From Geobacteraceae bacterium (GTDB lineage Bacteria > Desulfobacterota > Desulfuromonadia > Geobacterales > Pseudopelobacteraceae): 32,000 nt of DNA. The notes beneath the pieces are model-generated. The model made no database searches and was not told the DNA's origin. It saw only the letters and a list, made by a program, of their open reading frames with translations. Where the stretch lies: the NCBI GenBank assembly GCA_025355325.1, contig JANXZX010000233.1, positions 8,317 to 40,316 of the forward strand, written 5' to 3'. A program made the position numbers and the translations under genes. Position 1 is the first letter of the stretch. Each line of letters starts with the position of its first letter. Shown piece by piece: positions 9,082 to 17,511 of the stretch.

Positions 9082-9429
9082 ATGGATCAGTCATCACCGC
9101 ACAATGATCTCAGTTTTTTCAAACCGCGCGGGACAACGATGCGGAACGAAGTCCGCGTCATCAAACTTGTCCTGTCCGGGTGGTTCATTGCCATTGTCGG
9201 ATTTCAGTTCTTCGCCTACCTGATGGAAGTAAATTATTCCGAACTGCTGCTGACTAATTTTATTTTTATCAACCTTCCGATACAATTCTGGCTGAGCGGT
9301 CAGCTGTTGCCGCTCTGGTTCATTGTTCTCTGTGTTCTGTACAACCTCTGGATGGATCGCCATACAACCGAATCAAACGAAGAATCGCTCCGTTTTCGCG
9401 TAAGATCGGCCGACGGGGAGGACGAATAA
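9082..9429 (+). CDS. DUF4212-type small membrane subunit of a solute:sodium symporter
   Basis: ATG at 9082 lies 2 nt after the trmB stop (alternative ATG at 9139). Two hydrophobic helices. The stop is 2 nt before the symporter start, the usual small/large subunit pairing. Confidence 0.7.
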   Translation: MDQSSPHNDLSFFKPRGTTMRNEVRVIKLVLSGWFIAIVGFQFFAYLMEVNYSELLLTNFIFINLPIQFWLSGQLLPLWFIVLCVLYNLWMDRHTTESNEESLRFRVRSADGEDE

Positions 9430-9430
9430 G

Positions 9431-10960
9431 ATGGCAGACGGAATTATTCAGCTGGTGCCTCTGGCCATTGTAGCGGGAATGTTCGCGCTCTTTTTGCTCT
9501 CCGGGCTGCGCAATCGCATCAGGCAGTCATCCGAATACAGATTCAAGGGTGCCTATGCCGGACGAATCGGCATTGGCGCCGGCATTGCCAGCAATTGGAT
9601 GAGTGCTGCCAGTTTCCTCGGCCTGGCCGGTGTATTTTATCTCAAGGGCTATTTTGCCATGGCCTATGTCGTGGGCTGGACAGGGGGGTATGTCCTGCTG
9701 CTGGTGCTTATGGCCAACCAAATCAGACGTTTTGGAAAATATACCGCGCCGGATTTTGTCGGTTTCCGCTATGAGTCCGGTGCCGCCCGAACTATCGCAG
9801 CACTGATTTCGATCATCATCACAATTATTTACTGCGTCGCCCAGTTCCGGGGCATCGCCCTTCTGGTCTCCTGGCTGTTCGGCATCGATTATATCCCTGC
9901 GGTGGCCATCGGAACCTCTCTGCTCGTTTCGCACGTCGTTGTCTCCGGCGCCATGGGAGTGGTTCGCAACCAGAAACTGCAGTATTTTGTGCTGATCACA
10001 ACTTTTATCCTGCCGTTGATGCTGCTGACCCGCAAACTGGGCTATTTCTGGATATTGCCCCAGTTCGGCTACGGGGCGGCTATCGGCGAACTGCAGCAGC
10101 AGTTCGGGTTTAACTGGTCCGAGCCTTTTGCCGACACGACACCGTTCCAATGGCTTGCTCTCTGTTTTACCCTGATGTTCGGCACGGCCGGACTTCCCCA
10201 TGTACTTTCACGCTTCTACATGGTTCCCAATATACGGGATGCCCGGTGGGGGGTCGCCTGGGGTCTGTTCTTCATCGCACTGATCTATTGGTCTGCTCCG
10301 GCATATGGTGTTCTGGCCCGCCTTTTCGAAGCGCGGAACGGATTGGCGCTTAATGCCGGCAGTGCTGATGCCGCAGATATGATTGTGCTTTCGGCAGCCG
10401 GCCTGGGTGGATTGCCGATCTGGGCGGTCGGCCTTCTGGTAGCCGGTGGTATGAGCGCTGCTTTTTCAACATCTGCCGGATTATTGATGGCCGGTTCTGC
10501 TTCATTTTCATTCGATATCTACCCGCGTCTGATCCGTCCCAACGCATCTGAGGGAGACAAAGTTTTCGCCGCGAAGGGTTTTCTCCTGATTATGGCGGCC
10601 GGTGTTATGGTTCTTGCTTTCAAGCCATGGGGAATGATTGCAGAGATTGCCGCCCTTGCCTTCGCAATAGCCGGCAACACAATTTTCCCGGCCTTCCTGC
10701 TCGGGATCTGGTGGCCCAGGGCCAACGCCACCGGGGTCATCTGCGGCATGCTGACCGGACTGCTTATCAGCTTTTCCTCCCTGTTTGTCGGGGGCAGCCT
10801 GCCGATCATCTCACAGCTGTTTCCACTCACATCTTCCGCATGTATCGGAGCACCACTTGTCATGATTGTTATGGTCGTTACGTCGTTTTTGACTTCGCCG
10901 CCTTCGGCAGCCATCCGGCACTTTGTAAGCCGGAATGTGCATGATTGTCCTGAAAACTGA
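9431..10960 (+). CDS. Sodium:solute symporter family permease (large subunit)
   Basis: 509 aa, polytopic membrane protein with SSF-like sequence. Translationally coupled to the DUF4212 gene upstream and to the next gene downstream (TGATG overlap at 10958-10962). Confidence 0.88.
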   Translation: MADGIIQLVPLAIVAGMFALFLLSGLRNRIRQSSEYRFKGAYAGRIGIGAGIASNWMSAASFLGLAGVFYLKGYFAMAYVVGWTGGYVLLLVLMANQIRRFGKYTAPDFVGFRYESGAARTIAALISIIITIIYCVAQFRGIALLVSWLFGIDYIPAVAIGTSLLVSHVVVSGAMGVVRNQKLQYFVLITTFILPLMLLTRKLGYFWILPQFGYGAAIGELQQQFGFNWSEPFADTTPFQWLALCFTLMFGTAGLPHVLSRFYMVPNIRDARWGVAWGLFFIALIYWSAPAYGVLARLFEARNGLALNAGSADAADMIVLSAAGLGGLPIWAVGLLVAGGMSAAFSTSAGLLMAGSASFSFDIYPRLIRPNASEGDKVFAAKGFLLIMAAGVMVLAFKPWGMIAEIAALAFAIAGNTIFPAFLLGIWWPRANATGVICGMLTGLLISFSSLFVGGSLPIISQLFPLTSSACIGAPLVMIVMVVTSFLTSPPSAAIRHFVSRNVHDCPEN

Positions 10961-12195
10961 TGAAGGTCCTGTTATCTGCAAAGGGGGACAACTTCTCTTC
11001 CTGGCGGGCAGCGGAAGATTTCGCCGCCGCATACCGGCAGAGTTTGCTGGATCTGACTGCCTCCAGTCTCGGGGGCAGCGCTGAAACTGTTTTTTCGGAG
11101 GCTTATGGTGCGCTTGAAACCGTCGGCGCCTTGCATCAGAAGCTTGTGACACAGATGAACAACCGGATTGCTGACGTTGCCGTATCAACCCCATCTACAA
11201 ACCTTAAAGAGCTGACCCTCTCGTTCTACAGCGATCTGTACAGCCATTTTGACCACTTCCGCTCAGCACCCGCATTCTACCAGTTAAGCATGGCCTATCT
11301 GCGTCAGGTAAGTGCGGCTATTACTGCACACGTTAAAAACCAGCTCGGTTTATTCGCACGCCACCTGCCGGAAATGGCGCTTGTCGCGGTCGGCCCGGCC
11401 GGCCGGGGTGAATATTCCCCATTCCGCCCGTTGCAGATCCTGCTTGTTCACGGCGATGTTGCCGCAGCACACCTCCAGACCCTCAACCTCTTCTGTCACA
11501 GCCTTCATTTGGAGTTTGAGAACGCCGGTTTGGTTGTCGATTCGGTAGTAACCCCGCAAAACAACTCCTGGAGGTGTACCGTGACAGAGTGGCGGCAACG
11601 CTGCGAAGACGGAAGTTCCTCGCAAGCAGCGGGGAATTCAATTGATGAATACCGCCTTGTTGACCAATACCCGCTGTATCCCGTTGATGGACTTGCTGCG
11701 GAATTAAAGCAGGCAACGTTCTCTGCACTGAGAGGTAACCGTTCGGGCCTGACAGATCTGGTTTCGCGAATGATTTCACTTTCAAACGGGCTGAGCCTTA
11801 TGGGGCGCCTGAAACTGGAGCGCAGCGGACGCCATCACGGCATGTTCAAGCTTCTGGACCATGGGCTGCTGCCGTTTTCTGCCGCACTTTCAGCACTGAC
11901 CCTGATCAAGGAAAGCTCGGCTGTCACCAACTGCGAAAGAATCGGTGATCTGCTGAAGCGTCGTGAGATTGACGTTGAGTTTGCGGAACGGATGCTGGCA
12001 GCCTGGTATTGTTTGAATGACCTGCGCCTGCAGCGGGAACTCTCGTCCAACCTTGATGATCGTTTCACGCTGTCCGCTTTTCTGGCCCCGGATGAACTAA
12101 GTCCTGAACAGCGTCAGTCTCTGAAGAGCACACTTGAATCAGTTGCCTCGATTCAACGCTACGTTGAAGTCATTTTCACCGGGATGGGAGCATAG
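10960..12195 (+). CDS. DUF294-like putative nucleotidyltransferase/substrate-binding protein (catalytic motif apparently degenerate)
   Basis: 411 aa. The segment VGPAGRGEYSPFRPLQILLV (residues 144-163) resembles the GlnD/DUF294 G-x-G-R-x-E ... D-x-D strand-turn but lacks the two Asp. It occupies the position downstream of a DUF4212/SSF pair, where I recall DUF294 genes being found. Confidence 0.6.
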   Translation: MKVLLSAKGDNFSSWRAAEDFAAAYRQSLLDLTASSLGGSAETVFSEAYGALETVGALHQKLVTQMNNRIADVAVSTPSTNLKELTLSFYSDLYSHFDHFRSAPAFYQLSMAYLRQVSAAITAHVKNQLGLFARHLPEMALVAVGPAGRGEYSPFRPLQILLVHGDVAAAHLQTLNLFCHSLHLEFENAGLVVDSVVTPQNNSWRCTVTEWRQRCEDGSSSQAAGNSIDEYRLVDQYPLYPVDGLAAELKQATFSALRGNRSGLTDLVSRMISLSNGLSLMGRLKLERSGRHHGMFKLLDHGLLPFSAALSALTLIKESSAVTNCERIGDLLKRREIDVEFAERMLAAWYCLNDLRLQRELSSNLDDRFTLSAFLAPDELSPEQRQSLKSTLESVASIQRYVEVIFTGMGA

Positions 12196-12202
12196 AAACG
12201 CA

Positions 12203-13039
12203 ATGATTTTATCGCTTTCAACCGGAAGCCTGTTTACCCTGCCGCTGCAGAGAGTATTCGAGCTGTCGGCAGAATCGGGCTTTGAGGGAGTCGAGCTGAT
12301 CATCAACCAGGATTTTCAGCGGGTCAACTCCGCCAGGCTGGTGCGTTCACTTCAGGAAATTAATACTATTCATTCCATTCATGCCCCGTTTATGGAGCTG
12401 GATGGCTGGGGCGGCCCCATCGAATCGCTCAAACTGTCCGTACAGCTGGCGGCGGAATGCGATATTCCGCTGGTCAACTTCCATCCTCCTTCATGGATGG
12501 GTTTTGAAGTCGGCTTCTGGCGCTGGCTGTACAGTATACATGACTATCAGCAGGAACTCGGGCTGAGCGGGAAAGTAGCCATTGCCATGGAAAACATGCC
12601 ATGGGTCGGAAAATGGAAGATCAACCCGAATATCCTCTCAAATATGCAGCGAATGGTTGATTTTATTCGGGATCACAATTTGTTCATGACATTTGATTGC
12701 ACCCATATCGGGTCAGGAAAAACTGATTTTATTAACGAATTTTTCCTCTGCTACGATACGGGGCGCATTCTCAATATACATTTTTCCGACTATGGCCATG
12801 GACGTGAGCATCTGCTGCCGGGACACGGCATTCTGCCGCTGACACGTTTTCTTAATCACCTTCGCAACACCGAGTATCAAAACACGGTCACCCTTGAACT
12901 CGATCCGAAGGAATTTCCCAAAGGGGAACACAATATTCTTGAAAGCCTGAAAGAGATGCTCGCCTTCCTGCGTACGGAAACCAATCCGCAGGAAAGCACT
13001 CATCGCAAATACATACAGGAAATACATGCGGTTACCTAA
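12203..13039 (+). CDS. Xylose-isomerase-like TIM-barrel protein (sugar phosphate isomerase/epimerase family)
   Basis: ATG at 12203 (MILSLSTGSL). Motifs FEGVELI, IHAPF, MENM and the HFSD/HLLPG region fit the AP-endonuclease-2/xylose-isomerase-like barrel. Confidence 0.7.
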   Translation: MILSLSTGSLFTLPLQRVFELSAESGFEGVELIINQDFQRVNSARLVRSLQEINTIHSIHAPFMELDGWGGPIESLKLSVQLAAECDIPLVNFHPPSWMGFEVGFWRWLYSIHDYQQELGLSGKVAIAMENMPWVGKWKINPNILSNMQRMVDFIRDHNLFMTFDCTHIGSGKTDFINEFFLCYDTGRILNIHFSDYGHGREHLLPGHGILPLTRFLNHLRNTEYQNTVTLELDPKEFPKGEHNILESLKEMLAFLRTETNPQESTHRKYIQEIHAVT

Positions 13040-13112
13040 CCACATGAACAGCCGTAAATAAAAATATCTGTGATTCTGACAGATGAGTCTCATATAAAAA
13101 CAACCGGACTCC

Positions 13113-13970
13113 ATGCCTGAACGATATATTGAAAAATCATTTCTCTATGTACTGTGCATCTCCCTCCTGCTGCATATCGGAGTGTTTGCAGCGCTCTATT
13201 ATTTCCCTTCCGCTACGCAGGAACCTTCAAAAGAGCCGGTTTTTATCGATTTACAGCAGATGCCGCAGCTGAAGCCGTCGTTTGAAAAGCTCCCGCAGGA
13301 AACAACGCGGCGTTCAGAACAGCGCATCAGAGTTCCAAAGGAAAGTGCTCCGCGCGGAGATTCGGCCCGGGAAACCCGTGCTCCTGATAAAAAGGCTGTA
13401 CAACCTTCCGTCCGTCAAGTCTCTCCGGCAGCCAAACCGGCAGGATCTTCTCAAACCGTAGCCAAACGACCTACGACTACGCCCGGTTTTTCAGCAGCCA
13501 GCCTTCTCAAGCCAAAAGAGCAGTCGGCACAGCAAACGCAACAGCCATCGGTATCCCAATTGTTTCCAGGAGCCAGCAGAATGGCAAAACTGGAAGAAAG
13601 CTATCGGCGCAAGTTTGAAAACGATATTGCCGAAGGGGACACCCGCTTTCTCAACAGTGATGATATCGTATTCGGCTCGTTCCTGCGCCGTTTCGAGGGG
13701 GCGGTTTACGGAGTATGGCGCTATCCTCAGGAAGCTGCTTTAAAGGGAATTGAAGGGGTAACGCCGGTACGAATCACCTTCAATCGTCGGGGAGAGATCA
13801 CCAAAGTCCAGCAGTTGGAAAGCTCCGGAGCGCGGATACTGGATGACGAGGTACAGCGCACCCTGCGGGCCATCGGTCCGGTGGGAGGATTCCCCAAGGG
13901 GTACGACAAAGACGAATTCCATCTGATAGCATTTTTTCAGTACGGCGGGTCACGAAGGTCATTGCGATGA
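13113..13970 (+). CDS. TonB-family energy transducer-like protein
   Basis: 285 aa. N-terminal TM anchor ([22 protein letters not shown]), a Pro/Gln/Ala-rich linker, and a C-terminal TonB_C-like fold ([33 protein letters not shown]). Its stop overlaps the cbiA start (ATGA). Confidence 0.7.
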   Translation: MPERYIEKSFLYVLCISLLLHIGVFAALYYFPSATQEPSKEPVFIDLQQMPQLKPSFEKLPQETTRRSEQRIRVPKESAPRGDSARETRAPDKKAVQPSVRQVSPAAKPAGSSQTVAKRPTTTPGFSAASLLKPKEQSAQQTQQPSVSQLFPGASRMAKLEESYRRKFENDIAEGDTRFLNSDDIVFGSFLRRFEGAVYGVWRYPQEAALKGIEGVTPVRITFNRRGEITKVQQLESSGARILDDEVQRTLRAIGPVGGFPKGYDKDEFHLIAFFQYGGSRRSLR

Positions 13971-15376
13971 GTAGCTTTCACGGCTTTCTGATAGCTGCTC
14001 CGCAGAGCGGTAGCGGCAAAACTACGGTCTGTCTCGCGATTATGGCAGCGTTGGTACGGCGAGGTCTGTCTGTTGTCCCTTTCAAGTGTGGTCCGGATTT
14101 TATCGATCCCGGCTACCACCGGGCGGTGACCGGCCAGCCGTCGATTAATCTTGACGGCTGGATGTGCAGCGAAGAGTTTGTGCAGAATACGTTTCTTGCC
14201 CGTCTGGACGATCATAAAATCGCTGTCATTGAAGGTGTAATGGGTCTTTTTGATGGTATCGGTACGTCCTGCCGGACCGGAAGCAGCGCCCAGATTGCCG
14301 CTGCAACAGGAACGCCGGTGGTGCTGGTGGTGAATGCCCGAGGCATGGCGGCCAGCGCCGCAGCTTTGGTTAAAGGTTTTATCAGCTTTGATCCGCAGGT
14401 CAGGTTGGCCGGGGTCATTTTCAATAACGTCGGCAGTGAACATCATGCTGCTCTGCTCAGGGAAGTAATTGCTTCCCACTGTCCCGAAATTGCCTGCTTT
14501 GGCTGTGTCCCTCGCGATGAATCCCTTGTTATTCCCTCACGGCACCTGGGGTTGGTGACTGCCGAGGATAATCCGCTGTCTCCGGAGTTTATCGAAAAGT
14601 TGGCAGATATGGCGGAACGCTGCCTTGATCTGGATGGGTTGAGTTTGTTGGGCTTCGACTCCGCTCAGCCAACTGTTGACAATTCATGGTCACAGTCATG
14701 GTCACAGTCACAGTCACGGTTGGTGAGCGGAGTCGAACCACACGTTAAAATTGCTGTAGCCCGCGACCAGGCATTCTGTTTCATGTACGAGGATAATCTG
14801 CGCCTGTTGCAGGAGGCTGGCGCAGAGCTGATTTTTTTCTCGCCGCTTCGCGATGCCGCCGTACCGACCGATATTCAGGGCATCTATCTCCCGGGCGGCT
14901 ACCCCGAGCTGTATGCACGGGAACTGACTGAGAACGTGCGCATGGCAGAGTCCATACGTACGGCTGTGGCAGCGAATATGCCGGTGTATGCGGAGTGCGG
15001 CGGATTTGTCTATCTTACCGAGGGGCTTGATGAACCCAATGGTCAATCAACAGCCGATTTTGCGGGGATTTTTCCGGTACGCTGCCGGATGCTGCCAAAG
15101 CGCAAGGCGCTCGGCTATCGTGAGGTAGAGCTGGCGGAAGATACTCTTATTGGCACGGCGAGAGCTGTTGTCCGGGGGCATGAATTTCACTATTCCGAAA
15201 TCGGCGCAATGACCGAAAAGGTCAAGCGGTGTTACCGGGTGTCACGACAGGGCGTTACGCTTGAACCGGAAGGTTTCCAAATACAAAACTGCCTCGCGTC
15301 ATACATTCATCTGCATTTCGGCAGTAACCCGGACATTGCCCGGGCGTTTGTCGACGCGTGCGCTGCGCATGGATGA
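13967..15376 (+). CDS. cbiA: Cobyrinate a,c-diamide synthase
   Basis: 469 aa. N-terminal P-loop-like [10 protein letters not shown] and [12 protein letters not shown]-terminal glutamine amidotransferase part with the [10 protein letters not shown] nucleophile-Cys motif. Confidence 0.9.
   Translation: MSSFHGFLIAAPQSGSGKTTVCLAIMAALVRRGLSVVPFKCGPDFIDPGYHRAVTGQPSINLDGWMCSEEFVQNTFLARLDDHKIAVIEGVMGLFDGIGTSCRTGSSAQIAAATGTPVVLVVNARGMAASAAALVKGFISFDPQVRLAGVIFNNVGSEHHAALLREVIASHCPEIACFGCVPRDESLVIPSRHLGLVTAEDNPLSPEFIEKLADMAERCLDLDGLSLLGFDSAQPTVDNSWSQSWSQSQSRLVSGVEPHVKIAVARDQAFCFMYEDNLRLLQEAGAELIFFSPLRDAAVPTDIQGIYLPGGYPELYARELTENVRMAESIRTAVAANMPVYAECGGFVYLTEGLDEPNGQSTADFAGIFPVRCRMLPKRKALGYREVELAEDTLIGTARAVVRGHEFHYSEIGAMTEKVKRCYRVSRQGVTLEPEGFQIQNCLASYIHLHFGSNPDIARAFVDACAAHG
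14684..14719 (+). repeat. In-frame coding microsatellite (TCATGGTCACAG x2, TCACAG, TCACGG) in the cbiA inter-domain linker
   Basis: Read directly: tcatggtcacag tcatggtcacag tcacag tcacgg. It encodes [12 protein letters not shown]. Confidence 0.85.
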
Positions 15377-15611
15377 TTTCACTCTCAAGGCGGGATTCAG
15401 ATAGTTCCTTCTTAAGGCGAGTATTTTCAGATTCAAGTTCAGTTACCGGCCTTCTACTCGATTATGCGTGGCCGACATCCTTTGCAGGATCACGGTAAAT
15501 CCAGTTCTTCAATGTCTTAGATGGGATGTTGAGTCGCTTTGCGGCTTCTGTTAGCTTCAAACCTGATTCCCGGATCAGCTTGACCGCTTCCTGTGGGGAA
15601 ATATACCACAT
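15377..15611 (-). pseudogene. Remnant of an IS3-family OrfA (HTH + leucine-zipper region), stop-interrupted and 3'-truncated
   Basis: Minus-strand reading from the ATG at 15611 gives MWYISPQEAVKLIRESGLKLTEAAKRLNIPSKTLKNWIYRDPAKDVGHA (HTH). An in-frame TAA follows at 15464-15462. The same frame continues [25 protein letters not shown] (IS3 OrfA zipper) and then runs into the cbiA stop codon. No OrfB or inverted repeats are present. Confidence 0.6.
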
Positions 15612-15704
15612 GTAGGTGTCCACTAATTTCTTACCACGTCACAGTTGGATGGCATTCACGAATTTACATCGGAGTTCGTTTCAAACAAGTGTTATAAATA
15701 GTTA

Positions 15705-15729
15705 TACCATGATTTTTGAAAGCATGGTA
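15705..15729 (+). promoter_or_regulatory. 7-bp inverted repeat TACCATG-N11-CATGGTA upstream of the NTase-fold gene (possible operator)
   Basis: Read directly at 15705-15711 and 15723-15729. It lies 27 nt upstream of the ATG at 15756, whose RBS is AAGGAGG (15741-15747). Confidence 0.3.
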
Positions 15730-15755
15730 CAGCTGGAGGCAAGGAGGAATGACTT

Positions 15756-16838
15756 ATGTACGAAATAGATATCCAAACTCAAACACTTTATGCGGAACTG
15801 ATTGATCTTTTACAGATTGTGGAAGCATCAAGAACCATAGCCAGCTTGAAAGGATCATTTTCGATCAAGGAAAACAAAGGGGAGGAATACGTTTATTTTC
15901 GTGCCTATAATCCGAGCGGTCAGCTAGAGGAATTGTATATTGGCCCCCGTAACGAGCAGACAGAACAGCTTATGCGTGACCATGCAGCCGGTAAGCCGGA
16001 CGTTATGGAAATGGGAGAAAAGCTCAAACGCCTCAGTCTCCAAATTCAAGCTGGCATCAAACAGCCAACCGACAAGGCCATGACGCGAGTGATCCGAAGC
16101 CTTGCAGATGCAGGGGTATTCAGGAATGGCGGGGTGCTGGTAGGCACACATGCTTTTCAGGCCGCAGGGCTTATGCTAGGTGTAACTTGGGCACCTGAAA
16201 CAACAAGAACAATTGACGTTGATTTAGCCATAGAGCGTAAAATATCCGTAGCAATACCAATGATTGATTCAGATATCCCAGCAGCACTCAACAGCCTCGA
16301 AATGGGTTTTTATCCAGTACCTAAATTGAACCATAAAGACCCTTCAACGAACTTTGCAATCCGTAAAAGTCAGCTTCGGTTAGATGTATTAACGCCGAAA
16401 ACTAAAGAGTCAGATTCTCCGGTATTTATCAAGCGGTTTAATTGTGCCGCCGAACCTCTCAGCTATCTATCTTATGTAATAGAAAAACCCTCTGTTTCGG
16501 TATTGTTGGACACTACACCTGTATTAATAAACATCCCACAGCCGGTACGATATGCCATGCATAAGCTGATCGTTTCACAGGTTAGAGATGCAACGAGTGC
16601 CGCAAAGCGGTCAAAGGATTTGTACCAAGCACATCAAATTTTATCGCTACTACAGGAACAACGACCTTTTGACATCCAACCGGCATGGGAAAATCTCATA
16701 AAGCGCGGCCCTAAGTGGGAAAAATACGCAGAGATAGGACTAGCGGCAATGGGAAATCTCTATGGAAAGCTGGACACACCATTAATTGCCACTCCAATCA
16801 CACCGAAAGTTGAAAAGAAGAAAATCCGGGGGCGATAG
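15756..16838 (+). CDS. Orphan nucleotidyltransferase-fold protein (MNT/AbiEii-like superfamily; possibly the family NCBI names GSU2403-type)
   Basis: 360 aa with a strong RBS. Pol-beta-type motif GGVLVGTHAFQAAG ... TIDVDLAI (residues 125-158). Has a ~110-aa N-terminal extension and a helical C-terminal region (RYAMHKLIVSQVR ... KRSKDLYQAHQIL). AT-richer than core genes. No adjacent partner ORF. Confidence 0.8.
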   Translation: MYEIDIQTQTLYAELIDLLQIVEASRTIASLKGSFSIKENKGEEYVYFRAYNPSGQLEELYIGPRNEQTEQLMRDHAAGKPDVMEMGEKLKRLSLQIQAGIKQPTDKAMTRVIRSLADAGVFRNGGVLVGTHAFQAAGLMLGVTWAPETTRTIDVDLAIERKISVAIPMIDSDIPAALNSLEMGFYPVPKLNHKDPSTNFAIRKSQLRLDVLTPKTKESDSPVFIKRFNCAAEPLSYLSYVIEKPSVSVLLDTTPVLINIPQPVRYAMHKLIVSQVRDATSAAKRSKDLYQAHQILSLLQEQRPFDIQPAWENLIKRGPKWEKYAEIGLAAMGNLYGKLDTPLIATPITPKVEKKKIRGR

Positions 16839-17034
16839 TAAACGGCCTGATTTTATCAGTAAATTTGCGGAAAACCACGGCGTTCAGTGTGGGGATGTAG
16901 AAAAAAGTCTTAGTCTGGTGTCTGGCTGCTGCTCTACATACTGTCAACCGGCTCTGACCCGAATATGTAGCCTCCATAAGAAAGTAAAAACAAAATCCGT
17001 ATCAAGCGATGACCCGAGGATTGGCGATTATGTT

Positions 17035-17074
17035 GATATGACCTGGAGGGGCTGAAGAAATTGATGAGGGATGA
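17035..17074. repeat. Left copy of an imperfect direct repeat flanking the vapBC-like cassette
   Basis: GATATGAC-N7-GGCTGAAGAAATTGATGAGGGATGA. The 25-nt core at 17050-17074 matches 17844-17868 with one mismatch. Confidence 0.75.
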
Positions 17075-17110
17075 GGGATGAGGGATGAGGGATGAGGGAT
17101 GAGGGATGAG
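17063..17110. repeat. Heptanucleotide tandem repeat (GATGAGG) x6 plus one variant copy
   Basis: Six perfect GATGAGG units at 17063-17104, followed by GATGAGT. Confidence 0.95.
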
Positions 17111-17141
17111 TAGAGGCGCGGTCTCAGACCCGCCCTGGTGG

Positions 17142-17511
17142 TCAACAGCCTTGAACTGAAAGGGATGAAATGCCTGAAAAATGGGAATTATTGTTTATTA
17201 TCAGCGCGTTACGGCACATAGCTGTTGCTCCAATAATTGCATCCGGAATTTTGAGGCGGTGCTTTGTGCGCAAAAACAAGACCTTTTCAGCCAAATCGCC
17301 ATCGCGTGTCAACGGCACTATGTCAACCCTCGAACAAAATTGTTTGAAATATTTTCGGTTTTCATCGGTCAAGCCGTCAAAGACAAGGAACTCCAGGTAT
17401 GTAACAACCGAAATGCCAACATACGCAGCTGTTTCCAGCTTGGTTGCCAGCTGTTGGTTTACCGTTCAATAACGATACTGCGGCATTGGTGTCGAGCACA
17501 AAGCTTACCAC
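17142..17511 (-). pseudogene. vapC: PIN-domain VapC-like toxin, disrupted by a 1-nt frameshift
   Basis: The GTG at 17511 overlaps the antitoxin stop. That frame reads VVSFVLDTNAAVSLLNGKP and then becomes nonsense. The adjacent frame, open from 17465, reads NQQLATKLETAAYVGISVVTYLELLVFDGLTDENRKYF and continues into the track ORF 17142-17372 (KIPDAIIGATA, a PIN acidic residue). The shift maps to about 17450-17465. Confidence 0.7.

Noticed and set aside
9527-10201. 224-aa minus-strand ORF
   Set aside because: Antisense shadow inside the SSF symporter gene. It has a low-complexity charged sequence and no start context.
13040-13112. Possible cobalamin riboswitch upstream of the TonB-like/cbiA pair
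   Set aside because: The intergenic region is only ~70 nt, far too short for a cobalamin riboswitch, and no B12-box-like sequence is seen.
13937-14479. 180-aa minus-strand ORF
   Set aside because: Antisense to the cbiA N-terminal domain. No motifs.
16786-17055. 89-aa plus-strand ORF downstream of and overlapping the NTase-fold gene
   Set aside because: It starts inside the NTase gene in another frame, has no RBS or recognisable fold, and ends at the repeat. A 59-aa minus-strand ORF in the same spacer looked equally unsupported. I treat the 300-bp spacer as non-coding.
17063-17110. Possible CRISPR array
   Set aside because: The units are 7 nt, directly abutting with no spacers. There is no second array or cas gene in the window. 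It is a microsatellite, not a CRISPR.
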